A DNA stretch of 64,000 nucleotides, taken from NCBI GenBank assembly GCA_016783885.1, contig JADHVR010000005.1:28140-92139 (forward strand), given 5' to 3'. Position numbers and translations under genes: made by a program. The stretch comes from Bacteroidales bacterium. GTDB taxonomy: Bacteria > Bacteroidota > Bacteroidia > Bacteroidales > JAADJA01. Shown here piece by piece: positions 40,335 to 49,832 of the stretch (its first letter is position 1; each line of letters opens with the position of its first letter). The notes under the pieces were generated by a model, which was not told where the DNA came from, made no database searches, and saw nothing but the letters and a program-made list of their open reading frames with translations.

Positions 40335-42317
40335 ATGAATTTTTTAAGGTATTTGATTTTAGGAATTGGAATCTTTCTCGTAGTATCAATGAATGCACAG
40401 GAAAACAGGGCATTGGTTACGATTGCCGGTGAAGATATTACAGTTGATGAATTTATGTATGTGTATAAGAAAAACAATACTCAGGGCGATGTCATTGATA
40501 AAAAGTCTGTACAGGAGTATCTCGATCTTTATATCAATTTCAGGTTAAAAGTTAAAGAGGCAGAAGAGCTGGGATATGATACGGTTACGGCATTCAAAGA
40601 GGAACTGGCAGGCTACAGGGAACAGCTTGCAGAGCCTTATTTTGTAAATGAAGATATAATTGAAGATTTGCTGGTTGAGGCTTATGAGAGAAAAAAAGAA
40701 GATATCAGGGTAAGTCATATCCTTCTCATGATAGGACCCAATGCCATGCCTGAAGATACGCTTGATGCCTATTTCAAAATAATGGAAGCCAGGGAAAGAA
40801 TAGAAGCCGGTGAAAGTTTTGCCGAAGTTGCAAAAGATGTTTCTGAAGATCCGTCAGCTCGTGATAGAATATCACCACGCGGAGGAAGAATCATACCCGG
40901 TAATGGCGGAGATCTTGGATATTTTACGGTTTTCGACATGGTTTATCCTTTCGAAACGGGCGCATTCAACACTGCGGTTGGAGAAATGTCAATGCCGGTT
41001 CGTACCGATTTTGGTTATCATATTATTAAGGTTACCGACCGCATTCCGGCTTTGGGTACAATGGCGGTTGCCCATTTATACCTGAAAATGCCTGATAGCG
41101 CTACTGCTCAGGATTCAACCGATATCAGACTTAAAATAGATTCGCTGTATCAGAGAATTCAGGAAGGTGATAGTTATGAAGATTTGGTTAAAGAGTATTC
41201 TGATGATAAAGGTTCATCAGGAAGCGGCGGATTATTGCCTAAGTTCGAGGTAAATCGTATGGTTCCAGAATTTATTGAGGTGATAAATACATTACAGGAT
41301 TCAGGCGATGTTTCCAAACCCATTTTAACAGCTTATGGATGGCATATTATAAAACTCTACGAAAAAACCGGAATAATGCCCTTTGAGGAAGTTGAAAATG
41401 ACATGCGTAAGAGGTTGGAAAAAGACCGGCGAGCACAAAAGAGCGAGGATATTATAATCAGCGATATCAAAAATGAATATGGATTTACTTTAAATGAAAA
41501 GGCAATAAGAGAAATTTGCGATATTATCGATTCAACAATTTTTATTGGGAAATGGGAAGTTCCTGAAGATATAATATTAAAAGATGTTGTATTTACTCTT
41601 GATGACCAAACTTATTCGCAAAAGCAATTTGCAGATTATATTGCCGCCAATCAGGATATATCAAGCGGTGAAAATATTAATGAGTTTGTAAATAGAAAAT
41701 TTAAACAATTTACTGATGAAGAGTGCAAAGCTTATGAAGACAGCCGCTTAGAAGAAAAACATCCGGATTTTAAAGCCATAATGAAAGAATACAGGGATGG
41801 CATCCTGTTGTTCGAACTGACCAATAATAAAATATGGTCGTTTGCTACAAAAGATACTACCGGATTAAAGGAATACTATGACAAGCATAAAAAAGAATTC
41901 TTATGGGATACTCGCTTAGACGCATCTATCTATACGTTTAATGACACTAACTATATTGAAGCGACGAGAGAATTGATAATAAATGGTAAAAGTGAAGATG
42001 AAATACTTACTGAGATTAATAAAGATACACTGGATATAGTACGTATTGAGCATAAGAAATTTCAAAAAGAAGATAATGATCTTATTGATTCTATAAAGTG
42101 GAAAAAGGGAATTATAGATAATATGGAGCATGGTGGCAGAACTGTTTTTATTGTGGTTCATAAAAAGATTGCCCCCGAGCCAAAGTCATTTAATGAAGCA
42201 CGTGGTTTAATTACCGCCGGGTACCAGGAATATCTGGAAGAAAAATGGATAAAAGAATTAAGAGCTAAATATCCTGTGGAAATCCATAAAGAAGTCTTGT
42301 CATCTTTGACCAATTAG
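40335..42317 (+). CDS. Periplasmic parvulin-type peptidyl-prolyl isomerase (SurA/PpiD-like)
   Basis: Signal peptide, two parvulin domains (SHIL...GGDLG...FGYHII; GGLL...YGWHII), EYRDGILLF. Confidence 0.92.
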   Translation: MNFLRYLILGIGIFLVVSMNAQENRALVTIAGEDITVDEFMYVYKKNNTQGDVIDKKSVQEYLDLYINFRLKVKEAEELGYDTVTAFKEELAGYREQLAEPYFVNEDIIEDLLVEAYERKKEDIRVSHILLMIGPNAMPEDTLDAYFKIMEARERIEAGESFAEVAKDVSEDPSARDRISPRGGRIIPGNGGDLGYFTVFDMVYPFETGAFNTAVGEMSMPVRTDFGYHIIKVTDRIPALGTMAVAHLYLKMPDSATAQDSTDIRLKIDSLYQRIQEGDSYEDLVKEYSDDKGSSGSGGLLPKFEVNRMVPEFIEVINTLQDSGDVSKPILTAYGWHIIKLYEKTGIMPFEEVENDMRKRLEKDRRAQKSEDIIISDIKNEYGFTLNEKAIREICDIIDSTIFIGKWEVPEDIILKDVVFTLDDQTYSQKQFADYIAANQDISSGENINEFVNRKFKQFTDEECKAYEDSRLEEKHPDFKAIMKEYRDGILLFELTNNKIWSFATKDTTGLKEYYDKHKKEFLWDTRLDASIYTFNDTNYIEATRELIINGKSEDEILTEINKDTLDIVRIEHKKFQKEDNDLIDSIKWKKGIIDNMEHGGRTVFIVVHKKIAPEPKSFNEARGLITAGYQEYLEEKWIKELRAKYPVEIHKEVLSSLTN

Positions 42318-42356
42318 TGGCGGCATTAAAGTTATTGAAATTATATAAGTGAGAAT

Positions 42357-42454
42357 AGCGTGGGGCATGGAACGTTGAGCGTGGAGTTAGTTTATTGTTA
42401 TAGTTTTTTTAATCTATGCACCAAGCACCACGCTCCATGCACCTCGCTCCACGC
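42357..42454. repeat. Inverted pair of heptamer arrays
   Basis: gcgtggg/gcatgga/gcgtgga units facing ctatgc/ccaagc/ccacgc/ccatgc units across a short spacer. Confidence 0.75.
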
Positions 42455-42499
42455 AACTATTTGTCACTCTTTTGTATTGTTCAGTCAGTTAATAAGTTT

Positions 42500-43342
42500 A
42501 TGCGTTTCAGTTTACTTATACCGGTACTAATTTTATTAACCTCTTGTATTAATGGTCCGAACAAGAGTTCTGAAAATATTTTAGCACGCGTTTATAACGA
42601 ATATTTGTACGAATCGGAAATAAAAGACATAGTTCCTCCGGGAACCAGTGTAAAAGACAGCCTTTCCATCGTACAGAATTACATCAACAACTGGATATCA
42701 CAGAAGCTTTTCCTGCATAAAGCAGAAAAAAATTTATTAGAAGAAGATATACAGTTCAGGAAACAATTGGATGAATACCGGAACTCTCTTATTATATACC
42801 AGTACGAGTCGAAACTTATCAGCCAGTATCTTGATACCGTGGTGTCTTATGTTGAAATTGAAGATTACTATAATGATAATATTGGAAATTTTCAGCTCAA
42901 GGATAACATTGTTAAAGCTTTTTATGCCCGGTTTGAGAGTGATGAACCGAACCTTGCTATGATAAGGAGGTTCTTTTATTCCAATAAACCTGAAAGCAGG
43001 GATTCGCTCGAGGTATATATTGAGAAATATGCTGACCTTTATTTTCCGGATGATGAAACCTGGATTTTATTTGACGATTTGTTAAGGTTTGTTCCAATAA
43101 AAACTTATAACAAAGAAGCATATCTCCAAAATCATTTAAAAATTGAATTAAAAGAAGATCTTTATATTTACTTTGTTAGTTTTTCTGATTTCAAAATTAA
43201 GGAGGGTATATCGCCTTTAAGTTTTGAAAAGGAAAATATAAGACGGATCATTATTAATAAAAGGAAGCTGAATATTATCAGGCACATGCGGGATGAAGTA
43301 TATCAAACAGCCCTTGAGAACAATGATTTTGAAATTTATTAG
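42500..43342 (+). CDS. Lipoprotein of the conserved PPIase operon (SurA-associated)
   Basis: Lipobox LTSC, ARVxxxYLY, YRNSLIIY; lies between the two PPIase genes. Confidence 0.8.
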   Translation: MRFSLLIPVLILLTSCINGPNKSSENILARVYNEYLYESEIKDIVPPGTSVKDSLSIVQNYINNWISQKLFLHKAEKNLLEEDIQFRKQLDEYRNSLIIYQYESKLISQYLDTVVSYVEIEDYYNDNIGNFQLKDNIVKAFYARFESDEPNLAMIRRFFYSNKPESRDSLEVYIEKYADLYFPDDETWILFDDLLRFVPIKTYNKEAYLQNHLKIELKEDLYIYFVSFSDFKIKEGISPLSFEKENIRRIIINKRKLNIIRHMRDEVYQTALENNDFEIY

Positions 43343-43393
43343 TTTGTTTATATTTAAATAATTAGTAATAATTTTCGTTTTAATCCAGTGATT

Positions 43394-43476
43394 AAGACCT
43401 GACAGGTTTTTTTAATTAATTGCTTGTCAGATTGATACATTTTAATCATATAGGTAAGTTAAACCTGTCAGGTCTT
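43394..43476. repeat. REP-like doublet: 16-bp perfect inverted repeat with self-palindromic arms
   Basis: aagacctgacaggttt (43394) and aaacctgtcaggtctt (43461). Confidence 0.85.
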
Positions 43477-43515
43477 TTTTGACTGCACAATTAAAACTTA
43501 TGCAATATTAAATTT

Positions 43516-44871
43516 ATGCGGAAAAAAAACAGGATCACATTATTATTAATTTCTCTGGTTATCCCCTGGATCAGTCTGAACGCACAGGACGAAGATAAGG
43601 TGATTGACCAGGTTATTGCCGTAGTCGGAGGTAACATTATCCTTGATTCGGATATTGAGTCGCAATACATGCAGTACAGGATGCAGGAAGGAATAAAGGG
43701 GAGCAGTTCTACGATTAAATGTTATATGTTTGAAACTATGCTTTACCAAAAATTATTGTTAAACCAGGCAGAACTCGATAGTGTGGAAGTTTCCGATGTT
43801 ATGGTAGAATCGGAAATGGACAGAAGGTTAAGGCATTATATTTCTTTATTTGGCTCGCAGGAGAAATTCGAGGAATTTTATAAGAAATCAATTTTTGCTT
43901 TTAAGGAAGAATTGAGAGAACAGGTTAAAGAGCTAATGTTAGTGGAAAATGTACAGCAATCAATTACCAAAGATGTTAATATTACTCCATCGGAAGTTAA
44001 GTCATTCTTTAAAGATATTCCCCGGGATAGTTTACCGTTTATCAACTCGGAAGTAGAGATGTTGCAAATTGTAAAAATGCCTCCTGTTAATCCTGAAGAA
44101 GTTGAAAGAGTAAAAAATAAATTAAATGAATTAAGGTACAGGATTTTAAATGGGGAGAATTTTGCCACACTGGCAATTTTATATTCTGAAGATCCGGGAT
44201 CAGCAAAAAACGGAGGCGAATTGGGTATGTACAGCAGGGGAGACCTTTATCCTGAATTTGAAGCGGTAGCTTTTAACCTTAAAGATGATAAAGTATCGGA
44301 ACTCGTGGAAACAGAAGCAGGTTTTCATATTATCCAGTTAATTCAGAGAAGGGGTGAATTTATTAATGTGAGGCATATTTTAATTCGTCCTAAAGTATCT
44401 TCAATGGATTTAGCCAGGGCTAAGGTTAAACTCGACAGCATTGCAAACATTATTGAAGATGGAAAATACACATTTGATGAGGCAGTCGTTGAATTCTCGG
44501 ATGATCCGAGTAAAAACAACGGAGGGCTGTTGATAAATCCCATGACGGGAACTTCGCTGTTTGATGCAGACCAGTTAGACCCGAAGGTATTTTTTGTTAT
44601 CGACAAACTTGAAGTCGGAGATATTTCTACACCGGTGCAGTTTCAAACTCAGGAAGGTAAGGACGCATACAGAATACTTTACCTGAAAAAAAGAACAGAA
44701 CCACATACTGCAAACTTAAAACAGGATTACGACAAAATTCAGGAATGGGCGCTGGAACAAAAAAAACAGGAAACTATCACAAATTGGATCAAAGAAAAAG
44801 CTAATGAAACTTATGTAAAAATCAATGATAAGTATAAAGATTGCGAGTTTACGAACAATTGGGAAAATTAA
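43516..44871 (+). CDS. surA: SurA-family chaperone/PPIase
   Basis: IDQVIAVVG SurA N-domain and two parvulin domains (YSEDPGSAKNGGELG, RHILI, SDD...NGG). Confidence 0.88.
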   Translation: MRKKNRITLLLISLVIPWISLNAQDEDKVIDQVIAVVGGNIILDSDIESQYMQYRMQEGIKGSSSTIKCYMFETMLYQKLLLNQAELDSVEVSDVMVESEMDRRLRHYISLFGSQEKFEEFYKKSIFAFKEELREQVKELMLVENVQQSITKDVNITPSEVKSFFKDIPRDSLPFINSEVEMLQIVKMPPVNPEEVERVKNKLNELRYRILNGENFATLAILYSEDPGSAKNGGELGMYSRGDLYPEFEAVAFNLKDDKVSELVETEAGFHIIQLIQRRGEFINVRHILIRPKVSSMDLARAKVKLDSIANIIEDGKYTFDEAVVEFSDDPSKNNGGLLINPMTGTSLFDADQLDPKVFFVIDKLEVGDISTPVQFQTQEGKDAYRILYLKKRTEPHTANLKQDYDKIQEWALEQKKQETITNWIKEKANETYVKINDKYKDCEFTNNWEN

Positions 44872-44976
44872 AAAAAGAGATTACCTTTGTGTTTGAATAG
44901 CAATTAGAACTGAATAATATGTATTACAGGGTGTCTATAAAAATATATGTAAATCAATATTAATTTCGAAATATTT

Positions 44977-45234
44977 ATGAATACTACGGAAAACATAAAA
45001 ATTTATAACGACATGTCTTTAACAGAAAAGGCTAAAAAAATTTATACGGAGAAATATAAAAAAGTGTTTGAAAAACAATATAAAGGCAAAATAGTAGCAA
45101 TAGAACCGGAAAGTGGAGATTGCTTTATAGGGGATAATACAAAAGAAGCATATTATAAAGCTATTTTAAAACATCCTGATAAATTTTTTCATTTTATAAA
45201 GATTGGTTATAAAGGTGTCTATAAAAGAAGATAA
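44977..45234 (+). CDS. Small DUF5678-like protein
   Basis: 85 aa with YKGKIVAIEPESGDCFIG...HPDKFFHFIKIG pattern, paired with the aspartic protease gene. Confidence 0.65.
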   Translation: MNTTENIKIYNDMSLTEKAKKIYTEKYKKVFEKQYKGKIVAIEPESGDCFIGDNTKEAYYKAILKHPDKFFHFIKIGYKGVYKRR

Positions 45235-45236
45235 TA

Positions 45237-45599
45237 ATGAAAGGATATATAGATGATAACCTTACTCCCCAGATTGAGAATATTTACATTGTTGGTAAAG
45301 AAAAAGTAATTCAACTGAAATGTGTTCTTGATACAGCTTTCAATGGTGAATTCTGTTTGCCAAAAAAATACTTCAAAGAATGTAAGTTACAATATATTGG
45401 TAATGAAGATTTTATTTTGGCTGATGGTTCAATTGTGTTAGAAAAGATTTATTTAGGACAGATCATAATCGATAATAAGCCGGAAATAGTTACCTTAAGC
45501 CTGACTGAAGATAATGAAGCATTGTTAGGAACACAGTTATTAGATAATAAGATTGTAACCTTGAATTTCAAAAATAAAACATTTATTGTAGATGAATAA
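45237..45599 (+). CDS. Clan AA retropepsin-like aspartic protease (AF0612-like)
   Basis: VLDTAFNG (DTG-type motif), LADGS flap, ALLGTQLL. Confidence 0.85.
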   Translation: MKGYIDDNLTPQIENIYIVGKEKVIQLKCVLDTAFNGEFCLPKKYFKECKLQYIGNEDFILADGSIVLEKIYLGQIIIDNKPEIVTLSLTEDNEALLGTQLLDNKIVTLNFKNKTFIVDE

Positions 45600-45664
45600 A
45601 GTTGAGAAAGTACCGTATTGAATATTCCCGATCCCGAATCCCGAAGTTTCGGGATGGAAGAGTC

Positions 45665-45752
45665 TGGAGCAGGAAGCAGGGAATAGGAAGTTAACTCCAC
45701 GCTTTCAAACAGTAAACAGTAAACACCAAACAGTAAACACCAAACATAAAAC
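45665..45752. repeat. Heptamer tandem arrays
   Basis: agcagga/agcaggg/aatagga, then aaacagt aaacagt aaacacc aaacagt aaacacc aaacat. Confidence 0.85.
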
Positions 45753-46715
45753 ATGTACAAGTCAGACGTAGAAGCATTAGATGCATTTGTTGAAAAATAT
45801 AAAGCCCTTAGGGCAGAAATAGCCAAAGTAATCATAGGTCAGGATAGAGTTGTGCAGGATGTGCTTCTCACCATTTTCAGCAAGGGACACGGCTTGCTAA
45901 TAGGAGTACCCGGATTAGCAAAAACCTTACTGATAAATACTATTTCAAAAGTCCTGGGTTTGAGCTACAGCCGTATTCAATTCACACCCGACCTGATGCC
46001 TTCGGATATTATCGGTACGGAAATTTTAGATGAAAGCAGGCATTTCAGGTTTATAAAAGGACCTGTATTTGCCAATATCATTCTTGCCGACGAAATAAAC
46101 CGGACTCCACCTAAAACGCAATCAGCTCTTTTAGAGGCTATGCAGGAAATAGGTTTAACTGTGGCAGGCAAAAGGTATCAGCTTGAAGAGCCTTTTTTCG
46201 TATTAGCAACCCAGAACCCGATTGAGCAGGAAGGCACTTATCCGTTACCGGAAGCTCAGTTAGACCGTTTTATGTTTAATATCTGGCTCGACTACCCTTC
46301 GTTTGCAGAAGAGATAAACGTGGTGAAAACCACTACTTCGGAATATAATCCCGAACTGCAAATAGTACTAAAGGCTGAAGATATCATTTTTTTCCAAAAC
46401 CTGATAAGGAGAATACCTGTGCCGGATAATGTATTTGAATATGCAGTTAACTTAGCTTCTAAAACCCGTCCGGGTACCAATGGATCACACCCATGGGCTA
46501 ATGATTACATTACATGGGGTGCAGGTCCCAGGGCTTCGCAGTATTTAATCATCGGGGCAAAGTGCCATGGCGCTATTCATGGTAAGTATTCACCGGATAT
46601 CGAAGATGTTCAGACAGTGGCAGCTACTGTGCTCAGGCACCGGATAATAAGAAATTATAAAGCAGAAGCCGAAGGAATTAATGTAGAACTTATTATTGAG
46701 GAGCTTTTAAAATAG
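45753..46715 (+). CDS. MoxR-family AAA+ ATPase
   Basis: GVPGLAKT, RIQFTPDLMPSD, DEINR, ATQNPIEQEGTYPLPEAQLDRF. Confidence 0.96.
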   Translation: MYKSDVEALDAFVEKYKALRAEIAKVIIGQDRVVQDVLLTIFSKGHGLLIGVPGLAKTLLINTISKVLGLSYSRIQFTPDLMPSDIIGTEILDESRHFRFIKGPVFANIILADEINRTPPKTQSALLEAMQEIGLTVAGKRYQLEEPFFVLATQNPIEQEGTYPLPEAQLDRFMFNIWLDYPSFAEEINVVKTTTSEYNPELQIVLKAEDIIFFQNLIRRIPVPDNVFEYAVNLASKTRPGTNGSHPWANDYITWGAGPRASQYLIIGAKCHGAIHGKYSPDIEDVQTVAATVLRHRIIRNYKAEAEGINVELIIEELLK

Positions 46716-46773
46716 AAGTTGAATTTTGAGTGCCTAATCCCGTCCCGTCACGAAGTTGCGAGATCGGGAATAA

Positions 46774-47208
46774 TCAGTCCATCAACCTCACATCAATATA
46801 ACCTCCCTGGAAATAATAACAAGGTTCATCGCATTTGTCGGAGGTATGTTTGAGCTTTAGTTTATCACCATCCACCGCAAAAATGATTTTATCGCCATCT
46901 TTATATTCTGCTGTAACGGAATAATATTGGTCAGGCTTAACATCAACCCAGAAATCGCTTGAACAAGCCTTATCTGTCCAGTCGAGATTTCCTTCTTCGA
47001 AATTGCCAATATAGACCTTCAAAGGGACGTAAGGATTTTGGTCGTTAATGGTAACTGTAATGTTCAATGGTCCCCATTCCGGTTTGTCCTGGTAACATTC
47101 TGAGCAATCTATTTCACTCAGGTTAACCGGCTCCTGCCTTTCGCAGCTGCTATTAAAGATAAAAAGTTGCAATGTTAACAGAAATAGTATTATTTTTCTT
47201 TTTTTCAT
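46774..47208 (-). CDS. Hypothetical Cys-containing lipoprotein
   Basis: Lipobox FNSSC, CSEC and CDEPC; 3 bp downstream of the ankyrin gene. Confidence 0.75.
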   Translation of the reverse strand: MKKRKIILFLLTLQLFIFNSSCERQEPVNLSEIDCSECYQDKPEWGPLNITVTINDQNPYVPLKVYIGNFEEGNLDWTDKACSSDFWVDVKPDQYYSVTAEYKDGDKIIFAVDGDKLKLKHTSDKCDEPCYYFQGGYIDVRLMD

Positions 47209-47211
47209 AAT

Positions 47212-48633
47212 CTACAACTCCGGCTCCTTCTTTAATTTTATTTTATCTTTTGCTATATTAATAATAAATCCCACCGACAGATTAATCCTGTGTGATGAAA
47301 CCTTTGTGTTTTTTAGTTTCATATATTCATAATTCAATTTGAAGCTGAGTTTTTTGTAATTCCAGAAAAAACCTGCTTCAGGAACTACCAGGAAGCGGTT
47401 TTCGGGTTTTTTGTCTGAACCCCGGAAATTGCCGTAAGTATAAACGCCATTAACACCAATAAAAATACCACCGTAATTTTTCAGGGATGATCTTTGCAGC
47501 ACAAAAAGTTTATCCAAACCAAGATTCGCACACGATCGTTTTTCCCAGAACTGGTAAAATGTTTTTTCATCCACTTCGTACAGTACGCTTCTTACCCATG
47601 GTCGTGTTTTATATCCCAATTGAAGTTGCAATCCGTATTTCGATTCGTTGAGGCATACATTACCGCCCGTCATAAAATCATTTATATTACCGTTAAAATC
47701 AGCTCCTATCAATAGTTTATCAATCCTGGGTTTTGGATTTTTATCCGCTCCGTATTCCATAAGTAATTGCCTGATATGTTTCCCACAGAATTCCATGGCA
47801 ATAGACATTTGATTTCTTGCTTTCGAGATTGAGTGGTTGACATTCGCTCCGTTATCTAACAGGAGTCTGGCAATTTCATAATTCCTGTTGATGATGGCTA
47901 AAGAAAGTGCTGTTAAATTATTTTCATTTTCAGCATCGATATTAGCTCCTTTATAGATCAAATAATCCACGTGTTGGAGATAACCGTTTTGTGCTGCTAC
48001 CATTAAGGGAGTAAATCCATTATTATCTGTTGTGTCGATGTTTGCACCGTATTCAAGAAGCAGATCGGTAATTTCAAGGTTATTGTAATAAACTGCATGC
48101 AGGAGAGCTGTATTTCCCCGTAAATCCTTTTGATTCACATCAGCGCCGTAAAATATCAGCACATCAGTTAGTATAAAATTATCAAAAGCAGCTGCATACA
48201 TAAGGGGTGTTACCAGGTCTGTATTTTTGGTATTAACATCAGCGCCGTTCAGGATTAAAGTGTCGGCAACCATAACATGTCCGGCAATACAAGCCCCCAT
48301 GAGTGCACTCACTTGATTATAGGGTAAAATATTTACTTTGGCTCCGCTGTCTATAAGAATTTCAACCGCCCTGAGATGACCGTTTTGTGCGGCGTACATC
48401 AATGGAGTAACACCATCGTAAGTTGCGGTGTTTACATCCGTACCTGTTTCCAGCAGGGCTTTAACTTTGGAAGTGTCTTCTTCTGTTGCTGCCATAAGTA
48501 GTTCGAAATCAGGGTCGGTTATTTCGTAAGTGGTATCGGGAAGGATAAGAAGATTTGTGTTCTGTGCAATGCTGATGTTCGAAAAAAGCAATACAAAAAG
48601 TGAGAGTATAAATTTGTTATAAGAAATAGCCAT
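47212..48633 (-). CDS. Exported ankyrin-repeat protein with C-terminal beta-barrel-like domain
   Basis: Signal peptide, about 8 GxTPLMxAAxxG...GADVN repeats, then alternating beta-strand region. Confidence 0.85.
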   Translation of the reverse strand: MAISYNKFILSLFVLLFSNISIAQNTNLLILPDTTYEITDPDFELLMAATEEDTSKVKALLETGTDVNTATYDGVTPLMYAAQNGHLRAVEILIDSGAKVNILPYNQVSALMGACIAGHVMVADTLILNGADVNTKNTDLVTPLMYAAAFDNFILTDVLIFYGADVNQKDLRGNTALLHAVYYNNLEITDLLLEYGANIDTTDNNGFTPLMVAAQNGYLQHVDYLIYKGANIDAENENNLTALSLAIINRNYEIARLLLDNGANVNHSISKARNQMSIAMEFCGKHIRQLLMEYGADKNPKPRIDKLLIGADFNGNINDFMTGGNVCLNESKYGLQLQLGYKTRPWVRSVLYEVDEKTFYQFWEKRSCANLGLDKLFVLQRSSLKNYGGIFIGVNGVYTYGNFRGSDKKPENRFLVVPEAGFFWNYKKLSFKLNYEYMKLKNTKVSSHRINLSVGFIINIAKDKIKLKKEPEL

Positions 48634-48687
48634 TTAGTCGCTGTTTGAAAGCGTTGCTAAATTAACAAAAAAGAATTAAGAATTAAG

Positions 48688-49701
48688 TTACCGAAACGCT
48701 TGAGCATCAAACTCCACCCAGTAAATATTACCCAGTCCGTTTTTTATTCCATCGGCTAATTGAAGGATAACGCCTAAATTTTTACGGTAATTTGTTTTGA
48801 AACCAGGATCGATGCGCTGGCTGGTAAAAAACAGGTACTTATTGTCATACGTAACAAACGGGCAGTAGTCGAGTTTATCGGAATTAATTGTTTTGCCGAG
48901 ATTCCGGGCTTTTGTCCATAAGGTATCATTTATTTTATATGAGATGTATAAATCACCGTCTCCCAAATCATCTTCTCTGCCAAAAGATGAGAACAAAATG
49001 TAGCTTTCGTCAGGGGCAACAAAGGCATTAAATTCGTATAATGATGAATTTATGGAATCGCCGGCATTAACAGGTAAAGTATAATTATTTTCTTCCATTC
49101 GTGAATAATAAATATCCTCAGCGCCGAGTGAGTTATCGTAGCCTGCCGTGAAATAAAGCGTACCATCTGATGTAACTGAAGGGTAATACTCACTTTTTAT
49201 AGTGTTTACAGGCGCTCCTATATTAACCGGTTTAGACCAGTCAGACATTGTTTTATCAACGAACCAGATATCATAGTCACTTTTCTCCTTTCCATCAGTT
49301 AGCGGTCTGTTCGAAATAAAAAATAATTTTTTACCGTTGGGAGAAAAGGCAGGTTCCAAATCGTTATATTGCCCTGAGAAAGGGGCAACCTGAGGTTCCG
49401 ACCAGAAAAACCCATCAAAATACATATAAAGAATTACATAATGATTTTTATCTGGTAAAACCAACGTATAGAATATTTCATTTCCGGCAGGAGATATTGC
49501 AAAATCCCTTTCATTTCGTCTCGTTGAAATAATGTCGGGGGAAAAAAGATGTGGCTCGCTGCCCGGAGAAGTTTGTCCGAAATATTGCCAGTTGGATACG
49601 CTTACCGGGTCGGTTGTTTGTTCCGTTTTATTTTGGCAGGATACAAGTGTTATAACAAAACTTATTAATAATATTTGGAATATTGTATGGGTTTTGATCA
49701 T
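48688..49701 (-). CDS. PD40 (TolB/WD40-like) beta-propeller lipoprotein
   Basis: Lipobox LVSC, PAFSPNGKKLFFISNR, DIW/DIY/DLY repeats. Confidence 0.88.
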   Translation of the reverse strand: MIKTHTIFQILLISFVITLVSCQNKTEQTTDPVSVSNWQYFGQTSPGSEPHLFSPDIISTRRNERDFAISPAGNEIFYTLVLPDKNHYVILYMYFDGFFWSEPQVAPFSGQYNDLEPAFSPNGKKLFFISNRPLTDGKEKSDYDIWFVDKTMSDWSKPVNIGAPVNTIKSEYYPSVTSDGTLYFTAGYDNSLGAEDIYYSRMEENNYTLPVNAGDSINSSLYEFNAFVAPDESYILFSSFGREDDLGDGDLYISYKINDTLWTKARNLGKTINSDKLDYCPFVTYDNKYLFFTSQRIDPGFKTNYRKNLGVILQLADGIKNGLGNIYWVEFDAQAFR

Positions 49702-49832
49702 TATTAGTATAGTATATTTGTTAATGTAGCAAAGATAATAAATATTGATTTGAAATAAGAAAAACAAAAGATAAATAATGTATATTTTATATCTTTTTCT
49801 TAACAAGCCTTTATTATACAATTTCAAGTCTT

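Noticed and set aside
42416-42499. N-terminal MHQAPRSMHLAPR extension of the lipoprotein
   Set aside because: Translation of the heptamer array; the signal peptide/lipobox fits a start at 42500.
44930-45226. 13-bp direct repeat GGTGTCTATAAAA (44930, 45214)
   Set aside because: The second copy is inside the small ORF and does not bracket the module, so it is not a target-site duplication; it may be chance.
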